NCBI GenBank assembly: GCA_963727445.1 | Contig: CAVSGI010000010.1 | Span: forward strand, 32,001-96,000 | DNA from: an uncultured delta proteobacterium | GTDB lineage: Bacteria > Myxococcota_A > Polyangia > Polyangiales > B10-G4 | DNA length: 64,000 nt | Reading direction: 5' to 3' | Shown here: piece by piece, positions 59,581 to 64,000 of the stretch | Position numbering within the stretch: position 1 is the first letter of the stretch | How the letters are laid out: each line of letters opens with the position of its first letter | Made by a program: the position numbers and the translations under genes | The notes under the pieces: generated by a model | What the model was told of the DNA's origin: nothing | The model's database searches: none | The model's input: only the letters and a program-made list of their open reading frames with translations

Positions 59581-61653
59581 TCAGAGCCCGATGCGGCCGA
59601 GGGGCTGGACGGTCACCTCGGGGGCCAGCTCCTGGTAGCTGAGGACGCTAGCGTCGGGGAGGTCGACCTCGAGGAGACGGCGGAGGAAGCGGCGGACGTC
59701 GGGCTGGGTCAGGATCACCGCCGCGGCGCCCGGCGCTGGGAAGCACTCCCGGCGCACGGCGGCGATCACGTCCTTGGCCATGTCCGGCGGCATCGCGAGA
59801 TACGCGCCGGTGGCGGTTCGCTGGATGCTGTCGCGCACCGTCTCCTCGATGAGCGGGTCGAGGAGGTAGACAGACAGGACGCCGCCCTCGGCGTGCTGAT
59901 GCGTGAGCTGCCGCTTCAGCGCCCCCCGCACCAGCTCGGCCAGGGTCATCGGATCCTTTTCGTTCGGCGCGTAGGTGGCGAGCGCTTCCAGGATCTCGCG
60001 CAGGGGGCGGATCGAGACGCCCTCTTCGACCAGCCGGCGCAGCACGTCCGTGAGCAGGTGGAGCGACACCGGCTTCGGCACCACGTTGCGGACCAGCGCC
60101 GGATAGGCGCGCTCGAGCTGGTCGAGCATCGCCTGCGACTCCTGCAGGCCCACCATGTCGTGGGCGCGCAGCGCCACGGCGCGCTCGAGGTGACGCCCGA
60201 TGGCCTCGCCCGCTCCGTAGCAGGCGATGCCTTCGCTCTCGAGATGCTCGCGCGCGTCCTCGGCGACGAGGCACGCCGAAGCGCCGGTCACCGGATCCAC
60301 CGCCTCGTCCGCGTCGATGCCGAGGGCGCGGACGGTCTCGGCATCGCGCAGACAGAGCAATCGATCCGCCGAGAGCGTGCCCCCACCCACCGGGATCTCT
60401 TGAATGGCGATGGCGTAGGTGTCGGGCGGAAGATGCGGCGCCCGCCGCGCGCGCACCCCGGGCAGGGCGATGCCCAGATCGAGGAAGAGCGTGTCCCTCA
60501 GGCTCGGGATGGTCTCCTCGAGGAGCGGGCCGCCGCCCGCGTCGTCGAGGAGCGCGTCGGAGAGCGCTGGCCCGAGGTCGACCGCCACCGGGATCACCAC
60601 CGGGACCATCGCGCGCTTGGCGCGTGTCTCCCGCGCAGCTTCCAGGCGAACCTGGGTGTCCTGGCTGGTCTCGCGCCCGCTCTTGTTGGCGACCAGGCGC
60701 CGCGAGACGACGAAGAAGACGACCGACAGGACCAGGAAGGGGACGGCGGGCAGACCCGGGATGATCGCCAGCGCCAACAGGAAGACCGAGCCGATGGTGA
60801 GGGCGCGCGGATCACCGAAGACCTGCCGCGCCACGTCCGAGCCGAGGGAGGCGTCCTCCTCTTCCGAGGAGACGCGCGTCACCACCAGGCCGGCGGCGGT
60901 GCTGATGAGGAGCGCGGGGATCTGCGAGACGAGCCCGTCACCGATGGTGAGCAGACCGTAGGTCTCGAGGGCATCGGTAGCGCTCATGTCGCGCATGCCG
61001 ATGCCGATCGCCAGACCGCCCAGAATGTTGATCACGGTGATCACGATTCCGGCGATGGCGTCGCCCTTGACGAACTTCATGGCGCCGTCCATGGCGCCGT
61101 AGAATTCGCTCCCGCGCTGCAGAGCGTGGCGCTGCTTGCGCGCTTCGTCCTGAGAGATCGCTCCCGAACGAAGCTCGGCGTCGATGCTCATCTGCTTGCC
61201 CGGCATGGCGTCGAGGGTGAAACGCGCGCCCACCTCCGCGACGCGCTCGGAGCCCTTGGCCACCACGAGGAACTGGATGAGCGTGAGGATCGCGAAGACG
61301 ATCGCGCCGACCACGTAGTTGCCCCGCACCACGAAGTTGCCGAAGGCGCTGATGACGTCACCGGCGTCGGCCTGGAGCAGGATCAGACGCGTCGACGAGA
61401 CGTTGAGGGCGAGGCGATAGAGGGTCGTGATGAGCAGGATGGTCGGGAAGGAGGCGAGGCTCAGCCCGCTATCGATGTAGAGGCTGACCAGCAGGAGCAG
61501 CACGGCGATCGAGACGTTGCTGGCGATCAGCACGTCGAGGAGCGGCGTCGGCAGCGGGACGATCATCATCCCGACCATCAGCACCACCAGCGCGGCCAGC
61601 GTCGCGTCGGCGTAACGGCGCGCGGCGCTGTGCGTCCCCCCTGCCTTCGACAT
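59581..61653 (-). CDS. sctV: Type III secretion export-gate protein, SctV/LcrD/FlhA family
   Basis: RLALNVSSTRLIL, KGSERVAEVGARFTLDAMPGKQMSIDAEL, FYGAMDGAMKFVKGDAIAG, TIGDGLVSQIP, C-terminal VLSYQEL. Confidence 0.9.
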   Translation of the reverse strand: MSKAGGTHSAARRYADATLAALVVLMVGMMIVPLPTPLLDVLIASNVSIAVLLLLVSLYIDSGLSLASFPTILLITTLYRLALNVSSTRLILLQADAGDVISAFGNFVVRGNYVVGAIVFAILTLIQFLVVAKGSERVAEVGARFTLDAMPGKQMSIDAELRSGAISQDEARKQRHALQRGSEFYGAMDGAMKFVKGDAIAGIVITVINILGGLAIGIGMRDMSATDALETYGLLTIGDGLVSQIPALLISTAAGLVVTRVSSEEEDASLGSDVARQVFGDPRALTIGSVFLLALAIIPGLPAVPFLVLSVVFFVVSRRLVANKSGRETSQDTQVRLEAARETRAKRAMVPVVIPVAVDLGPALSDALLDDAGGGPLLEETIPSLRDTLFLDLGIALPGVRARRAPHLPPDTYAIAIQEIPVGGGTLSADRLLCLRDAETVRALGIDADEAVDPVTGASACLVAEDAREHLESEGIACYGAGEAIGRHLERAVALRAHDMVGLQESQAMLDQLERAYPALVRNVVPKPVSLHLLTDVLRRLVEEGVSIRPLREILEALATYAPNEKDPMTLAELVRGALKRQLTHQHAEGGVLSVYLLDPLIEETVRDSIQRTATGAYLAMPPDMAKDVIAAVRRECFPAPGAAAVILTQPDVRRFLRRLLEVDLPDASVLSYQELAPEVTVQPLGRIGL

Positions 61654-61675
61654 CATCAGGCCGCCGATGTTGCCC

Positions 61676-62287
61676 TCATCGGATGGCTGGTGTCGAGGGC
61701 GGCTTCCGGAGGCGGCGGCGCGGCAGGAGGCGCGCGAGGAGCCCGACAGCGAGCACCAGCGCGAGCGTCAGCGTCGCCCAGCGCGGCGCGTAGGGGCCGA
61801 GGTAGAGGTGCAGGACCACCAGCGCCCCCGCGGCGTAGGAGAGCCGATGGAGCGGCTTCCAGAGGCGCACCCGCAGCGCACGGGTGAGCCGGGGGAAGGA
61901 GGTGATGAGCAGCGCGACGAGGATGGAAAGGGCGAGGAGCCCCGCGCGGAGGTAGGGCCAGCTCAGGACGCTCGCCCAGGCGTCTTCGAGGGGACCGCCG
62001 AGCGCGATGAGGGCGTGGAGGATGGCGAGCAGGGCCGCGCTGATCCCCAGCGGGCGCTGAAAGCGAACGACGCGGCGCGCTCTTCTGGCGAGTCGCGAGA
62101 GAGGCGTGAGCGACAGCGTCGCGACGAGGGCGACCGCTGCGCACCAGCCCACCGCGCGCGTGAGGAGATGATCGCGCAGGGCGGGCCATTCGGTCGCGCG
62201 TTCGGCCCAGAGCGCGGACGCCAGCACCGCGGCGACGGCCACGACGGCGACGTAGAGCGTGAGCGGCGGTCTCTTGCGACGCTTCAC
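61676..62287 (-). CDS. MsrQ/YedZ-like ferric-reductase transmembrane heme protein
   Basis: LSLTPL, QRPLGI...LH, LLITS, WKPLHRLSY...LH. Confidence 0.8.
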   Translation of the reverse strand: MKRRKRPPLTLYVAVVAVAAVLASALWAERATEWPALRDHLLTRAVGWCAAVALVATLSLTPLSRLARRARRVVRFQRPLGISAALLAILHALIALGGPLEDAWASVLSWPYLRAGLLALSILVALLITSFPRLTRALRVRLWKPLHRLSYAAGALVVLHLYLGPYAPRWATLTLALVLAVGLLARLLPRRRLRKPPSTPAIR

Positions 62288-64000
62288 AGCATCTCCAGGA
62301 AGTAGACGAGGTCGGCCACCTCGGCGTCGCTCAGGTTCTCGGTGTCGCCGTGTCGATTCGCCGCGTCGCGATCGTGGATCACTGCCGTGAGATCTTCGGC
62401 GCGACCGTCGGTCAAGAAAGGGCCCCCGCGCGAGACGCCGATCAGCGATGGCACGTCGAGGATGGCGTCCGCGCCGAGCGCGGCGGCGCGGCCCGGGAAG
62501 AGCGAGCCGAGCGGATGCTGGCCGAGGTTGGTGAAGGCGGGCAAGGCGTGGCAGGTGGGGCAGCCGGCGCGTACGAAGACGTCGAGGCCGCGCCGCTCGC
62601 GGGGCAGATCGCGCTCGGCGTGCACACCCAGGCTCGGATTGCTCGGCAGCGCCTCCACGAACGCCTCGAGGGTGTGGGCGCGCCCGGGGGCCCGCCGGAG
62701 AAAGCCGCGGAGGAGCGTCCGCGAGAGGTGCTCGAGGTCGCGGATGCGCGGATAGCTTCCGTCGCGCAGATAGGGAGCCGTGCCCGCCACGCCGCGCACA
62801 CTCAGCGTGGGCGAAAGGCGATGCTCGCCGATGTTGCGCATCACGTGATCGGTGTCGGCGTGCAGGTGGCAGCTCTGGCAGGCGATGCCGCTCCGCGTCG
62901 ACTCGTAGAAGGTGCGCTCGCCCATCCGGCGCGCGAGCGCATGCTCGGACTCTTCGAGGAGCGCCTCGTCATCGGGCGCGAGGCGGATGAGCTCTTCGAG
63001 TGTCCCCGATGGATCGAAGAGCCCGATGCTTCCGTCCGCGGGCGAGGTGACCGCGAAGCTCCCGCCCTCGAAGGTGAATGTGGAGTGGGGCGCGGAGAGC
63101 TCCGGTGTGTCGATGATCTCGGGCCGCGGGCCGAGGCCCAGCGTCCAGACCTCCCAGGTTCCGGCGAAGGCGATCCGCGCCCAGCCCCCGAAGCCGAGCT
63201 CGATCCCCATGGGCGATCCGCCGCGGTCCACGTCGCCGCCGCTGGCCTGGCGCGACGAGCGGCGAGCGGTGAGCTCCTGGTCGACCACCGTGAAGGACGG
63301 CACGTCGATCGTCAGGAGCTGGTCCTGGACGAAGTGGTTGCCGTAGTGCGTGGAGCCATCCGCCCGGTAGTCGGTGGTGGCGATCATCGCGTGGCTTCCG
63401 TCGGGTGCGACCGCGAGGGTGACGGCGGGCCTGCCGAGCAGGAGCGTCTGCCGCCCTACGGGGGGCGGCGAGAGGTCGAAGCGCTCGAGAGTCGCGCGCT
63501 TCGTCGAGCTCACGAGGAGCGTGCGCCCGTCCCGCGCGAAGGCGAGCCAGTCCGCATCGATCGGCAGGAAGTCGCGCACCGAGCCCGCCTCCACGTCCAC
63601 CAGGAACACGCCGGGCTCTGGCCCATGGACCGCGACCGCGAGCGTTCCAGTCGCAGGCGCCGAGGCGACGCGCACCTGATGAGCGCTCAGCGGGATGCGC
63701 GCGAGGATCGTCTCGCTGAGGACGTCCACCACGAAGAGCATGTCCGTATGGCGATGCGCCACCGCGACGCGCCGATCGTCGACGAAAGCACAATCGGTGG
63801 GCGCGTCCCCGACGTCGATGCGCGCGACCAGGCCGCCCTTCTCCACCACAATCAGCTCGTCGGTCTCCTCGCTCACGGTCGCGGCGAGGCGCCTGTCCGC
63901 CGACCCGTGGAGCCAGCGCGGGTGTGGTCGGGGCTGAACGCCGACCGCGGGACGAAGGTGCGTCGCGCCATCAATCTCGAGCGCGACCTCGATGGGACCA
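62284..64000 (-). CDS. Beta-propeller plus di-heme cytochrome c peroxidase-family fusion; start lies beyond the window
   Basis: ACQSCH, TAPYLRDG, GCPTCH, DVPSLIG, HG.T..LS..E..DLV.FL; the frame stays open to position 64000. Confidence 0.8.
   Translation of the reverse strand, partial: GPIEVALEIDGATHLRPAVGVQPRPHPRWLHGSADRRLAATVSEETDELIVVEKGGLVARIDVGDAPTDCAFVDDRRVAVAHRHTDMLFVVDVLSETILARIPLSAHQVRVASAPATGTLAVAVHGPEPGVFLVDVEAGSVRDFLPIDADWLAFARDGRTLLVSSTKRATLERFDLSPPPVGRQTLLLGRPAVTLAVAPDGSHAMIATTDYRADGSTHYGNHFVQDQLLTIDVPSFTVVDQELTARRSSRQASGGDVDRGGSPMGIELGFGGWARIAFAGTWEVWTLGLGPRPEIIDTPELSAPHSTFTFEGGSFAVTSPADGSIGLFDPSGTLEELIRLAPDDEALLEESEHALARRMGERTFYESTRSGIACQSCHLHADTDHVMRNIGEHRLSPTLSVRGVAGTAPYLRDGSYPRIRDLEHLSRTLLRGFLRRAPGRAHTLEAFVEALPSNPSLGVHAERDLPRERRGLDVFVRAGCPTCHALPAFTNLGQHPLGSLFPGRAAALGADAILDVPSLIGVSRGGPFLTDGRAEDLTAVIHDRDAANRHGDTENLSDAEVADLVYFLEML

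Noticed and set aside
59458..61887. Long antisense ORFs (809 aa here; also 11043..13079, 16753..18600, 28580..30526, 49746..51719)
   Set aside because: Shadow ORFs expected opposite genuine genes in high-GC DNA; no recognisable motifs

Overview
Very GC-rich chromosomal window, most likely from a myxobacterium (Polyangia/Sandaracinaceae-like). That assignment is inferred from a Tgl-type TPR lipoprotein, an MCP-less Che8-like chemosensory cluster, eukaryote-like Ser/Thr kinases, an RpoH-like sigma factor and many lipoproteins. The window holds about 58 genes and one tRNA-Leu(CAA). Core genes include tdk, recO, cheY/A/W/W/HEAT/R/B/GAF/Y, trpFBA, rnd, recN and alaS. No integrase, transposase, prophage, rRNA or CRISPR array is visible. 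At least nine genes, including the essential alaS, carry single-base frameshifts, clustered at 44.6-47.0 kb and 55.0-55.8 kb; these are best read as assembly or sequencing errors. Best leads: (1) a histidine-ammonia-lyase-fold enzyme lacking the MIO-forming Ala-Ser-Gly motif, clustered with a di-iron desaturase, a signal-less PhnD-fold protein and an XRE regulator; (2) a JmjC hydroxylase translationally coupled to a lipoprotein-like ORF built from repeated Pro-Met motifs; (3) a GpsA paralogue lacking catalytic residues inside a GS-like/acyltransferase/Fe-ADH operon; (4) an orphan T3SS export-gate gene (SctV) directly behind a di-heme cytochrome/MsrQ-like pair; (5) a very acidic disordered protein with a MinD-like membrane-targeting tail. 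All functional calls come from motif recognition by eye; no searches were run.
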